This document shows positions 1-9,211 of a stretch of DNA of 64,000 nucleotides, piece by piece. The notes below the pieces were generated by a model that worked only from the letters and a program-made list of their open reading frames with translations, was not told the origin of the DNA and made no database searches. Positions within the stretch are counted from its first letter, which is position 1; each line of letters opens with the position of its first letter. Made by a program: the position numbers and the translations under genes. This DNA comes from Candidatus Gottesmanbacteria bacterium (GTDB taxonomy: Bacteria; Patescibacteriota; Microgenomatia; 2-02-FULL-39-11), in the NCBI GenBank assembly GCA_016186795.1, contig JACPKY010000002.1, positions 282,593 to 346,592 on the forward strand. The letters are read 5' to 3'.

Positions 1-550
1 GGTACAGTTTCTTCAGAAATCCTCGTGCTTCAATACTACTTCGGATATCAGGCTCTGTAACAATTTCAACAAGCGGAACACCACTTCGGTTAAAATCAAT
101 AAGCGTACAGTCCTTCGCGTTTACTTTTGCGTGCAGAAGTTTGCCAGTATCCTCTTCTAAGTGAACACGATGAATTCTAACCACCCTTTTTTCTATTTTT
201 CCCGTTTTATCATCTTTATAGGAGAAAGAGAGTTTCCCATTTATGGCAAGTGGCTTATCGTATTGGGATATCTGATACCCTTTGGGAAGATCAGGATAAA
301 AATAATTTTTCCGGTCAAATTTTGAAAATAATGGGATCTTACAACCAAGAGCCATTCCTAACATCACACACCATTCAATTGCCTTTTTGTTGGGTACCGG
401 TAGAGCACCTGGAAGACCCAGGCATACTGGGCAACAATGTGTATTGGGATCATGTCCAAAATAATCCGAGCTACATCCACAAAACATCTTGGAAAGAGTT
501 TTTAACTCTACATGAATCTCAAGTCCAATAATCGGTTCGTATCGGTCCAT
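1..550 (-). CDS. gatB: Asp-tRNA(Asn)/Glu-tRNA(Gln) amidotransferase subunit B, N-terminal part (gene runs off window edge)
   Basis: Reverse-strand translation from ATG (550..548) gives [18 protein letters not shown]...MFCGCS...[18 protein letters not shown], the canonical GatB N-terminus. It lies 4 nt downstream of the asparaginase-like gene stop. It is absent from the ORF track because it has no stop inside the window. Confidence 0.85.
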   Translation of the reverse strand, partial: MDRYEPIIGLEIHVELKTLSKMFCGCSSDYFGHDPNTHCCPVCLGLPGALPVPNKKAIEWCVMLGMALGCKIPLFSKFDRKNYFYPDLPKGYQISQYDKPLAINGKLSFSYKDDKTGKIEKRVVRIHRVHLEEDTGKLLHAKVNAKDCTLIDFNRSGVPLVEIVTEPDIRSSIEARGFLKKLY

Positions 551-554
551 AAAA

Positions 555-1541
555 TTAAGAAAGTGTCACCTCGCCTGCAAAATTGGTACGGAACGCTTTA
601 TCAATTTTGACGGGATCCCGAGTTTGGGCGAGTATCCACATGAATTTCGTAAGAGCCGCCTCCATCGTCATATCACGACCAGGTATAGCTCCAGCACGAA
701 GTGCCTGGTATCCTACCTGATACAAATGCATTTGCGTCATTCCATAAACACTCTGACTCAGAATAAGAATTGGAAATCCTTTTTCTTTTGCTCTTCTTAT
801 CTCGCTGATTAACGAATCAGGAATATTCCCTGGGCCAAACGTTCTCAAAATAATCCCATGGAGTGAACTGTCAATAAGAATTGCAAATATTTCAGGGTTA
901 AACCCGGGTATTACATCCACAACAGCAACATGCGGATCAAATCTTGCTTGAAATTGAATTTTCTTTTTTTTCTTTTCAGCGTAGACTGCATGTACATGTG
1001 GTTCGGTTGTAATATTTCCGATCTTTTCAAAAAGAGGACTCTCAAATGCGTTTAAATGCGATTCACTAACTTTCGAACTCCTTACTCCTCGTAGTATTCG
1101 AGAGCCAAATACGATACATACGTCAGGTACGTGTTTTGTCGCTACCAGAAGGGCATTGATAATGTTGATTGGTGCATCGCTTGCTATGTCCGAAAGTGGC
1201 TTTTGCGATCCGGTAAATATAATAGGCTTTGTAAGATTTTGAATTGCGAAAGAAAGTGCAGATGCGGTAAAAGCCATTGTGTCAGTCCCGTGTATTACAA
1301 CAAATCCATCAAATTGATTGTAGAGCTTTTGAATTGTCACTGCTAGATCCTCCCAAATTTTCGGCGTCATATTTGAACTGTCGACATTGACAACTTGCCT
1401 AACCGTAACATTAGCAATTTTGTTCATATCAGGAATTTTTTCAAGTAAGAGCTTTGATGAAAATGTTGGAGTGAGTGCTCCGCTTTTATTTCGCATCATC
1501 CCAACCGTTCCTCCGCAAAAAAGTACGCTTATCCGTTTCAT
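555..1541 (-). CDS. L-asparaginase family protein (type I asparaginase / archaeal GatD-like), 328 aa
   Basis: [16 protein letters not shown]-terminus and the HGTDTM motif of the asparaginase/GatD family. It overlaps the gatA stop by 4 nt and sits 4 nt before gatB. Confidence 0.75.
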   Translation of the reverse strand: MKRISVLFCGGTVGMMRNKSGALTPTFSSKLLLEKIPDMNKIANVTVRQVVNVDSSNMTPKIWEDLAVTIQKLYNQFDGFVVIHGTDTMAFTASALSFAIQNLTKPIIFTGSQKPLSDIASDAPINIINALLVATKHVPDVCIVFGSRILRGVRSSKVSESHLNAFESPLFEKIGNITTEPHVHAVYAEKKKKKIQFQARFDPHVAVVDVIPGFNPEIFAILIDSSLHGIILRTFGPGNIPDSLISEIRRAKEKGFPILILSQSVYGMTQMHLYQVGYQALRAGAIPGRDMTMEAALTKFMWILAQTRDPVKIDKAFRTNFAGEVTLS

Positions 1542-2944
1542 AGGGTTATGGACTTCTTATGCCAATCTGTTACTTTCTGATACGCATACCCTAATTGTAA
1601 CAACAAAGATTCATCAAACATTTTTCCGACAATTTGCATCCCTACAGGAAGATGATCTTTCGTAAAACCGCATGGAAGAGCAAGAGATGGCACACCGACC
1701 GGAGTTTGGCATGTATAGATATCTGCTAACATGTTTTGAATAGGATTATTGATAAGTTCTCCTAATTTCGTAGCTGGCATGGGTTCAACAGGCATCAAAA
1801 TCGCATCACATTCTGATAATGCTTTGTGGTACTCTTTTATAAATAACGTTCTCCCCTGTTGTGCTTTTTTATAGTACGCATCGTAGTAACCAGAAGATAA
1901 TGCATAGGTTCCCAACATAATTCGTCTCATCGTTTCTTTGGAAAATTTATCTCTCCCTTGTCCATATCGGATACCGTCATATCGTGCTAAATTTGTACTC
2001 GTTTCAGAAGTTCCAATCACATAATAGACGGGTACGCCGTATTGAAGCATTGGCATGGATATTTCTTTTATTGTAATTCCCAACTTCTCATACTCTTTTG
2101 CAGCATCGTAAATAAGCTTCCTTATTTCCGAATCAAGTCCTTCTCCGAAACACTCTCTCGGCATCCCCAAAGTGATGTTTTTTACTGGATTGGTAAGATG
2201 GTCACTGTATTTCGGAACAGATTTGGGAGAACTTGTCCCGTCATATGGATCTTTCCCTGCGATAACCTCCAGAATATTTGCGCAATCTTGAACAGTTTTT
2301 GCCATTGGCCCCATGGTATCAAACGATGAAACGTAGGCTATACACCCATATCGAGATACTCTTCCGTATGATACTTTGAGACCAGTCGTATTGCACCAGC
2401 TAGAGGGATTGCGAATTGAACCACCAGTATCTTCACCGATTCCAAAAACCGCCATTCGTGTTGCAATAGCTGCAGCATTGCCTCCACTTGAACCACCTGC
2501 GACTCGAGAGATATCCCACGGATTTTTCACCGGACCAAAATCGGTATTTTCAGATGAAGCTCCGTGTCCCCACGCATCCATATTGGTTTTCCCAATCAAA
2601 ATTGCACCAACATCTAAAAGTTTTTGATATACAGTCGCGTTGTATGGAGGTATATATGAACGTAAGATATTCGAAGCGGCGGTTGTTCGCAAACCTTTCG
2701 TGTTATATGAATCCTTCAGTATATAGGGCAATCCATACAGAATTGGACTATCAAAAGTTATATTCTTATCTTTTTCTTCCGCTTCTTTTAAAACAGTATC
2801 TTTATCCCTTATTGTTATAAATGCATTGACAGTTGGATTAAATCGTTCAATATGCTCATAACATTCTTTTACAATATCTTTGGCTGAAAATTTTTTCCTT
2901 CGTAACCCATCTGATAATTCATAAATTGAAAGATCAACTAACAT
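1538..2944 (-). CDS. gatA: Glu-tRNA(Gln) amidotransferase subunit A (amidase signature family)
   Basis: Amidase-signature Gly/Ser-rich motif GGSSGGNAAAIA; 468 aa; directly downstream of gatC. Confidence 0.9.
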   Translation of the reverse strand: MLVDLSIYELSDGLRRKKFSAKDIVKECYEHIERFNPTVNAFITIRDKDTVLKEAEEKDKNITFDSPILYGLPYILKDSYNTKGLRTTAASNILRSYIPPYNATVYQKLLDVGAILIGKTNMDAWGHGASSENTDFGPVKNPWDISRVAGGSSGGNAAAIATRMAVFGIGEDTGGSIRNPSSWCNTTGLKVSYGRVSRYGCIAYVSSFDTMGPMAKTVQDCANILEVIAGKDPYDGTSSPKSVPKYSDHLTNPVKNITLGMPRECFGEGLDSEIRKLIYDAAKEYEKLGITIKEISMPMLQYGVPVYYVIGTSETSTNLARYDGIRYGQGRDKFSKETMRRIMLGTYALSSGYYDAYYKKAQQGRTLFIKEYHKALSECDAILMPVEPMPATKLGELINNPIQNMLADIYTCQTPVGVPSLALPCGFTKDHLPVGMQIVGKMFDESLLLQLGYAYQKVTDWHKKSITL

Positions 2945-2947
2945 AGG

Positions 2948-3253
2948 TTATTGGTTAAAAATTGCGTCTACGACAAAATATCCGTTATGTTTCCTTGGTG
3001 CATTGGATAAGACTACTTCTTGTGAAAGAGAGGGTTTAATTTCATCTTCACGAAAAACATTTTCAAGCCCAGTTACCTGACTTGTTGGTTCTATGCCTTT
3101 CGTATCAACATTTTCTAATTCATCAACAAATTCGATGATTTGAGATAACTGTTTTTGAAATTTTTCAAGGTCTTCTTTTGAAAGACCTAAACGAGCAAGG
3201 TGGGCTACGTGAGATACTTCATGGGTGGTAAGTGCTTTGTGGAATTTCGCCAT
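2948..3253 (-). CDS. gatC: Glu-tRNA(Gln) amidotransferase subunit C
   Basis: 101 aa with GatC-like LARLGLSKEDLEKF...IEFVDEL pattern, immediately upstream of gatA. Confidence 0.8.
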   Translation of the reverse strand: MAKFHKALTTHEVSHVAHLARLGLSKEDLEKFQKQLSQIIEFVDELENVDTKGIEPTSQVTGLENVFREDEIKPSLSQEVVLSNAPRKHNGYFVVDAIFNQ

Positions 3254-3305
3254 ACCTTATTTTACCGTGATTAGCCTTCTTTTTCCAGTGTGAGTATATA
3301 TTCAT

Positions 3306-4652
3306 TTATAAGTTTTGAAGATATCGTTCCCTCTCCCAATCTGTCACCGATATCCGAAATTCATCCCATTCCGTTTTCTTTGCCTCCAAATACCGTTTCC
3401 ACGTATAGTCACCAAAAGTGTCTTTTACAATTTTTCCATTCTCTATTTCTGCCATCGCCTCATTCAAACTTGCAGGGAGTTTCGATATATGGCGAGCATC
3501 TAATTTTTCATCATCAAATTCAAACAAGTTTTCTTCAACCGGTTCGGGAGCCTTCATCGCTTTCTTGATACCACTTAGTCCAGTTTTTAGAAGTACGGCA
3601 AATGTCAAGTATGGATTACTTGAGGGATCAGGGCAACGGATTTCGATACGAGTCGCTTTATCCTCGTACCCTTTTGATACTTGTGGTACACGGATAAGCG
3701 CTGACCGGTTAATTCGTGCCCAACAGGCGTAGACAGGCGCTTCAAATCCTGGTGTGAGGCGCTTGTAAGAATTCACCGTTGGAGCAAACACACCTGCAAT
3801 TTCTCTGACATGAGAAAGCTGGCCAGAAAGAAAACTGTACGCTACCTTCGATAACCGGTATTTGTCTCGAGTGTCAAAAAATGCATTTTTCCCATTTTTC
3901 CATAAACTTTGATGTGTGTGCATTCCACTTCCATTTACTCCGTGGATTGGTTTTGGCATGAACGTCGCGTGATAGTTGTATTTATACGCAATAAATTTTG
4001 TGGCCATTTTGAGTGTTATCGTATTATCTGCGCTCTTGAGAGCTTTATCATACCGAATATCCAATTCATGCTGATTATTTGCAACCTCATATGTTGATGT
4101 TTCGGAATCAACACCCATGAGACGCAGAGCTTCCATAATTTCTCGTTTAATACCATGAGTCTCATCTAAAATGAGGTTAAAATAATACCCATTTCCCTCA
4201 GAATGTAGCTTTATATTGCCTTCAGGAGTTTTCGGGAAAAGAAAAAATTCACATTCCGGACCTGTGTAGTAATCAAAACCTATCTCTTTCGCTTCCCCAA
4301 GTGCTCGTTTAAGAATATTTCGAGGATCTCCTTCAAACGGCTCATGATTTGGTTTGTATACGTCACAAATAAATCGGGCAACTCTTCCTCCCTCCTCATG
4401 ATTTCGCCATGGAAGAAGGGCGTATGTAGCTGGATCAGGCATCAGGTACATATCTGACTCATGGATCCTGGCAAATCCTTCAATGGACGAGCCATCAATC
4501 CATACTCCCCGAGTCAATGCATCAGATAGTGTGTAGATAGGGATGGTGGAGTTTTTTATGCTTCCTAAAAAATCGGTAAATTGAAGATCAATATACGAAA
4601 CCTTATCTGCCTTCGCTCTGGAAAGCACCTCTTTTACAATATCTTTTGGCAT
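3306..4652 (-). CDS. glnA: Glutamine synthetase type I
   Basis: MPKDIVKEVL... with the GS catalytic domain (NGSGMHTHQS). The track ORF carries a 29-aa N-terminal read-through; the likely start is at the MPKD Met. Confidence 0.85.
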   Translation of the reverse strand: MPKDIVKEVLSRAKADKVSYIDLQFTDFLGSIKNSTIPIYTLSDALTRGVWIDGSSIEGFARIHESDMYLMPDPATYALLPWRNHEEGGRVARFICDVYKPNHEPFEGDPRNILKRALGEAKEIGFDYYTGPECEFFLFPKTPEGNIKLHSEGNGYYFNLILDETHGIKREIMEALRLMGVDSETSTYEVANNQHELDIRYDKALKSADNTITLKMATKFIAYKYNYHATFMPKPIHGVNGSGMHTHQSLWKNGKNAFFDTRDKYRLSKVAYSFLSGQLSHVREIAGVFAPTVNSYKRLTPGFEAPVYACWARINRSALIRVPQVSKGYEDKATRIEIRCPDPSSNPYLTFAVLLKTGLSGIKKAMKAPEPVEENLFEFDDEKLDARHISKLPASLNEAMAEIENGKIVKDTFGDYTWKRYLEAKKTEWDEFRISVTDWERERYLQNL

Positions 4653-4678
4653 AGATACTCCTTTCAATGGAACATGAA

Positions 4679-4717
4679 TAAAAAAATCTTCCGCACCTAA
4701 CCAAAATAGGATTGGAA
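4679..4717 (-). terminator. Hairpin (gucuucc...ggaagau) followed by a U-run in the glnA leader, just downstream of the GAF-ANTAR gene
   Basis: On the minus-strand mRNA: cgucuuccaauccuauuuugguuaggugcggaagauuuuuuu, about 35 nt before the glnA start and 62 nt after the regulator stop. Confidence 0.35.
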
Positions 4718-4778
4718 GACGTCTTTGTCTCGCACGCAACGGTACGTACTAATGGTCTTATCCTAAACTAGAACCCTT

Positions 4779-5495
4779 TTATTTGTCAAGTCCGAATGCG
4801 AATTTATCTGCGGCTATAATAATCTCTGCAACTTCTTTGAGTGACTTTCTCCTATTCATGCTTTCTTTTTGAATTAGTCGATAGGCGTCTTCCTCGGTCT
4901 TTCCTCTCTTCATGAGAATTCCTTTTGCACGCTCTATAACTTTGCGCATTTCCAATGCCTCACGAAGCGCCATGGATTCTTCAACTAACAATGCGTTTTC
5001 TACAGCTCCTCCTACAAGCTTTCCTATCGCTTCTAAAAGATTTTTTTCCATTTCAGAATGATTATGTCTTTTTTTATGCTGAACGTTTATAACACCGACA
5101 ACACCCTTTTTATTGATAATTGGAACCGATAGAAATGCTTGGAATGTATCCTCAGGAAGACTTCGGAAGAATCGGAAACGAGGATCTTTTGCTGCACCCT
5201 CATGAATTGCCACTGCTTTTTTCTCTTTTGCTACCCATCCGGTAATACCTTCTCCAAGTCTCAATTTAATCCGGTGTAATAAATCCTTGTGGGGATTTTT
5301 CGACGCCCGCAAAACGAGTGTTTCGTTATCTTTCTCAAGAATGTAAATAAGGACTGAATCGGCTTTGGTAACTTGGGTTGCAATAAGTACTATTTCATGA
5401 AGAAGCGCATTCAACTCTAAACTATGAACGGACTGGGCAACATGATACAGAAGTCGAAGTTCTTTTTTGAGTTCTGCATTCCCATTCTTTTTCAT
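4779..5495 (-). CDS. GAF + ANTAR domain RNA-binding regulator (antitermination-type)
   Basis: N-terminal GAF-like region followed by the ANTAR signature VIERAKGILMKRGKTEEDAYRLIQKESMNRRKSLKEVAEIII. The start was chosen at the internal Met (MKKNG), giving a 4-nt overlap with the gatD stop. Confidence 0.7.
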   Translation of the reverse strand: MKKNGNAELKKELRLLYHVAQSVHSLELNALLHEIVLIATQVTKADSVLIYILEKDNETLVLRASKNPHKDLLHRIKLRLGEGITGWVAKEKKAVAIHEGAAKDPRFRFFRSLPEDTFQAFLSVPIINKKGVVGVINVQHKKRHNHSEMEKNLLEAIGKLVGGAVENALLVEESMALREALEMRKVIERAKGILMKRGKTEEDAYRLIQKESMNRRKSLKEVAEIIIAADKFAFGLDK

Positions 5496-6277
5496 ATATC
5501 TTTGTACGCTTCCAATCGTGAAAGCATTAACATATGAGCCTTCCATTCAAGACGGTCATTAAGCGGTGTCAAGGTTTGTATCTTACCATATTTTATCTCC
5601 AAAGCCTTTGTTAAGAGCCAATCCGCAATATGTGGATTTTTCGATAAAAACGGGCCATGATAGTAACAGGCAATAACATTTTTATAGACTGCTCCCTCAT
5701 ACCCGTCTTCACCATTATTCCCATACCCCTTCAAAACTTGTGCAAACGGCTTGTCATTTTGACCAAGATATGTCCTCCCTCCGTGATTTTCAAACCCCAC
5801 AATGGTTTCTCTTTTCCCAATTTCTGATAATGGAATTCCAACCACCTTCCCCGCCGTATTTCCAATGCATCGTGGTTTATCATGTCCGAAATGCTTGGTA
5901 ACGAATTGGAATATTCCAAGTCCTAGCAATTTCTTTCCATCTCCAGTCATATAATACTTTCCCAAAAGTTGTGGTGAACCACAAACAAAAAGTCCCGGAA
6001 TACCACGGGTAAACATTTCTTTGAGTGTTTTTCCCTTATTCAAACGCAAATCGTTTGCGACTAACTCTTGCTCACGATCTTGCGCGCCTCCACCCAAAAC
6101 CAAATTGCACGAAAGAAGATCTTTTCGTGACGTTTCAAATGAAATTGGAATAACAGAAAGCGGTATCGACCTCCATTCGGACCGTTTTGAAAGTACTATC
6201 ACATTTCCTCTATCTCCATATGTCGACATAAGGTCTGGATAGAGCCAACCAACTGTCAATTCTAGGATTTTTTTCAT
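5492..6277 (-). CDS. gatD: Lipid II isoglutaminyl synthase, glutaminase subunit (CobB/CobQ-like GATase)
   Basis: LYPDLMSTYGDRGN motif typical of the MurT-associated GatD; 4-nt overlap with murT. Confidence 0.75.
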   Translation of the reverse strand: MKKILELTVGWLYPDLMSTYGDRGNVIVLSKRSEWRSIPLSVIPISFETSRKDLLSCNLVLGGGAQDREQELVANDLRLNKGKTLKEMFTRGIPGLFVCGSPQLLGKYYMTGDGKKLLGLGIFQFVTKHFGHDKPRCIGNTAGKVVGIPLSEIGKRETIVGFENHGGRTYLGQNDKPFAQVLKGYGNNGEDGYEGAVYKNVIACYYHGPFLSKNPHIADWLLTKALEIKYGKIQTLTPLNDRLEWKAHMLMLSRLEAYKDI

Positions 6278-7614
6278 AGTATTGCCTGACCGGTTAAGAT
6301 TTTCCGTGCCTCAAGCATGGCAGAATAGGTGGGTACGATATAGAGCGTTTCGTGTTGTTTCATTTGCTTTAATCCAAATACAATAGCTTCTTTCGTAGTT
6401 TCAAATATTTTAAGATTGGAGATTCCACTTCGAGATTTATGTGTGTATTTTATCCTTAATCCCAAATCATATGCTCGATCTCCAGAAGCAATACACATCA
6501 CCGCATCTGGAATCATCTCAAAGTCTACATCCCATATCCATGAAACATCTCTTCCATCAGGAACCCGATCATTTAAGAGAAATACAATATTTTTTGCCCC
6601 TAATTCCAATACTGTTCTTACCGTTGCGTTAAATCCGGCAGGGTTTTTGGCAAGAAATATCTTCACTCTCTTTCCTTCTACTATTAGTCCTTCCCCCCGG
6701 CCAAAAGCTGGAGAGAAATTTTCTAACGCATTTTTTATTTGATTTTTATTTATACCGAGAATCTGGGCTGTTAAAACCGCTGCTAAAGTGTTGTAACGGT
6801 TATACAAGCCGGGAAGAACGGATGGATAGGCGCTTAACGTCAACTTGGGTCTCGTATTCCCGCATTTCTGACACCTCCAGATTCCTAAGTGGGATGAGTA
6901 TATCCCTTCGTAGGTTAATTTCTGTCCGCAAAAAGGACAGTAGGTCGAGTCTGTCGCGTGTTCTCCCTTTTTCAGATACGAAGATGGGTCTTTGATGCCA
7001 AAATACTTATTTTTCTTGCCATGAGTCACATCAACGAGTTCCGGATCGTCCGCATTCACGACAAAAACCGTTTGAGAGGGAAGTTTTTTAATTGATTCTT
7101 TCCAAATCCTTGCTATCATCCGCACCTCTCCGTACCGATCAAGCTGGTCTCGAAACAGATTCAGAAGAACAAGAACTACTTTTCCCTTGTATGCTTGCAT
7201 TTCCGCAACGACATGAGGAAGAGACGCTTCGTCAACCTCTAAAACTGCAAAATCATATGGTTTTTGGATTCTCCACTCTCGTATAAATGCGGAAATTAAA
7301 CCATTCATGAGGTTTGCGCCTGTTTCATTATGAACAATCGTCATTCTATCGGTATTTCCCCGGTTACTTTCAGCAACAATTCTCTGAATTAACTTCGAGG
7401 TTGTCGTTTTACCATTTGTTCCTGCAACGAGAACTATTCCGCTTCGGACACGACGAAGGAAAAAAGAGAGAATATGAGGATTTCCCCGTAAGGCGATTTC
7501 TCCAGGCCAAGTACCACCGGCACCAATCCCAAAAATTGTCAACAATTGTATAGTCAATTTTCCGAAGAAAATCAAAGCGAGAGAAAAGTAAGTAGTGAGG
7601 AGATGTAATACCAT
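6274..7614 (-). CDS. murT: Lipid II isoglutaminyl synthase, Mur-ligase-like subunit MurT
   Basis: Mur ligase P-loop VLVAGTNGKTTTSKL, a CPFCG...CQKCG zinc ribbon and a C-terminal DUF1727-like region; paired with gatD. Confidence 0.75.
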   Translation of the reverse strand: MVLHLLTTYFSLALIFFGKLTIQLLTIFGIGAGGTWPGEIALRGNPHILSFFLRRVRSGIVLVAGTNGKTTTSKLIQRIVAESNRGNTDRMTIVHNETGANLMNGLISAFIREWRIQKPYDFAVLEVDEASLPHVVAEMQAYKGKVVLVLLNLFRDQLDRYGEVRMIARIWKESIKKLPSQTVFVVNADDPELVDVTHGKKNKYFGIKDPSSYLKKGEHATDSTYCPFCGQKLTYEGIYSSHLGIWRCQKCGNTRPKLTLSAYPSVLPGLYNRYNTLAAVLTAQILGINKNQIKNALENFSPAFGRGEGLIVEGKRVKIFLAKNPAGFNATVRTVLELGAKNIVFLLNDRVPDGRDVSWIWDVDFEMIPDAVMCIASGDRAYDLGLRIKYTHKSRSGISNLKIFETTKEAIVFGLKQMKQHETLYIVPTYSAMLEARKILTGQAIL

Positions 7615-7646
7615 CCAATCAATTGGGCAGTTTATGTTTGCATAGG

Positions 7647-8555
7647 TTACATGGCCCGTAATATCCTGATTCTTTCTTCAACAGGAGGATGGGTGTTAAA
7701 AAGGCCGGCAAACCAGGCTTTTGCGCTTTTTCCTTTAAATGGATTTTCAATAAAAAGATGCGCGGTCGCATTACTTGCAGAATGAAGAACGTGTCTGTCA
7801 CTTGCGATTTTCTCAAGGGCCGATGCAAGAGCGTCTGGATTTCGAGTGAGGAGTGAACCAGATGCATCGGCAAGAAATTCACGTCGACGGGAAACTGCAA
7901 GCTGAATTAATGTGGCAATAAGAGGCGAAATAATTGCCAAAACTATTCCCAGAAGTAAGAGAATTGACCCTATACCGCCTCTATCACTGCGATCACGACT
8001 TCGATCTCCCCCCCACCAGAGCATTCGTACGAAAGTATCAGCCAAGAATGCCGCACTACCAGCAAGAACTGATACTATCGCCATCACCCGTGTATCAAAA
8101 TTTTGTATGTGAGAAATTTCGTGAGCAATAACTCCCTCAAGCTCTCTTCTGGTCAGTTTTTCCAAAAGTCCTCTTGTTGCACATACAATGGCATGGTTGG
8201 GATCTCGACCTGTTGCAAACGCATTCATTGCAGGATCTTCAATTGTATACACTTTGGGTTTAGGAATTCCTGCCGCAATACTTACGTTTTCAACAACCGT
8301 AAAAAGATCAAAATCTTTTTGTCTATTTGCGGGAGTTGCCCCTGACATTGTTAACACAAGTTTGTCACCAAAGTAATAACTCCCGAGACTTGTAAGTCCT
8401 GCCAAAATAAGCGCTACGGCTGCAAACGAAATTCCATATCCAGAGGCTTTACCAAAAACATAGGCAATCATCGCAATAAAAATGGTAAAAAATGCCATGA
8501 TGAGGAGGGAGCGTGTTTTGTTTGATTCGATTTGAGAATAGATTGATATTGCCAT
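7647..8555 (-). CDS. htpX: Zinc metalloprotease HtpX (M48 family)
   Basis: HEISH zinc motif, N-terminal TM helices, adjacent to lemA. Confidence 0.8.
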   Translation of the reverse strand: MAISIYSQIESNKTRSLLIMAFFTIFIAMIAYVFGKASGYGISFAAVALILAGLTSLGSYYFGDKLVLTMSGATPANRQKDFDLFTVVENVSIAAGIPKPKVYTIEDPAMNAFATGRDPNHAIVCATRGLLEKLTRRELEGVIAHEISHIQNFDTRVMAIVSVLAGSAAFLADTFVRMLWWGGDRSRDRSDRGGIGSILLLLGIVLAIISPLIATLIQLAVSRRREFLADASGSLLTRNPDALASALEKIASDRHVLHSASNATAHLFIENPFKGKSAKAWFAGLFNTHPPVEERIRILRAM

Positions 8556-8610
8556 AAAAAAAGGAGATCTTCGTAGTCCTTGCTATTTAAAACTTCGGTA
8601 GAATTACCTG

Positions 8611-9171
8611 CTACGAATGAAATGATACTTTTGGAATTTTGCTATCATCTTCGTCTGTTTTGAAAAATTCCTCTTCCGAAAGTCCCATCTGTTTTGCCAA
8701 AATCATACTCGGAAATGTCACAATCTTGGTATTGAATAGAGAGACTTGTGTGTTGTAAAACTGTCGAGCATATGAAACTTTGTCCTCCGTATCAGATAGT
8801 TCTTTTTGAAGCTGAAGAAAATTCTCATTTGCGGCAAGTTTGGGATAGTTTTCTGCAACGGCAAAAAGGCTTTTTAACGCACCTACCAGCTGATTATCTG
8901 CTGCGGCTTTCTCCAACGGACCGGTAGCAGATAGTAGTTGAGCTCTTGCCTTGGTAACATTTTCAAATACTGTTTTTTCGTGCTTGGCATATCCTTTCAC
9001 CGTCTCAATGAGATTCGGAATAAGATCGGCACGACGTTTCAGTTGAACATCGATCTGACTCCAGGCTTCTTTCATTCGGACTTTTGCAGTCATCAAATCA
9101 TTGTAAAGATAGAAAAGATAAAGCGCGATAAATCCGCCGATAATCAAAACTGGTAATAGACTATTTATCAT
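8611..9171 (-). CDS. lemA: LemA family protein
   Basis: N-terminal TM plus LemA-like region ([32 protein letters not shown]); the lemA-htpX pairing is classical. Confidence 0.75.
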   Translation of the reverse strand: MINSLLPVLIIGGFIALYLFYLYNDLMTAKVRMKEAWSQIDVQLKRRADLIPNLIETVKGYAKHEKTVFENVTKARAQLLSATGPLEKAAADNQLVGALKSLFAVAENYPKLAANENFLQLQKELSDTEDKVSYARQFYNTQVSLFNTKIVTFPSMILAKQMGLSEEEFFKTDEDDSKIPKVSFHS

Positions 9172-9211
9172 AAAAATTCTCCTTCAAAATTAGAATCTGA
9201 TTAATGCGCGT

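Noticed and set aside
250-531. 93-aa plus-strand ORF
   Set aside because: It lies entirely antisense to the clearly recognisable gatB N-terminus, and the peptide has no motif; it is taken as spurious.
4653-4739. 29-aa N-terminal extension of the glnA track ORF
   Set aside because: The MPKDIVKEV start matches the GS N-terminus; the extension would run into the leader hairpin.
7409-7900. 69-aa and 93-aa minus-strand ORFs between murT and htpX
   Set aside because: They overlap the murT 5' end and the htpX 3' end in other frames, with junk-like composition.
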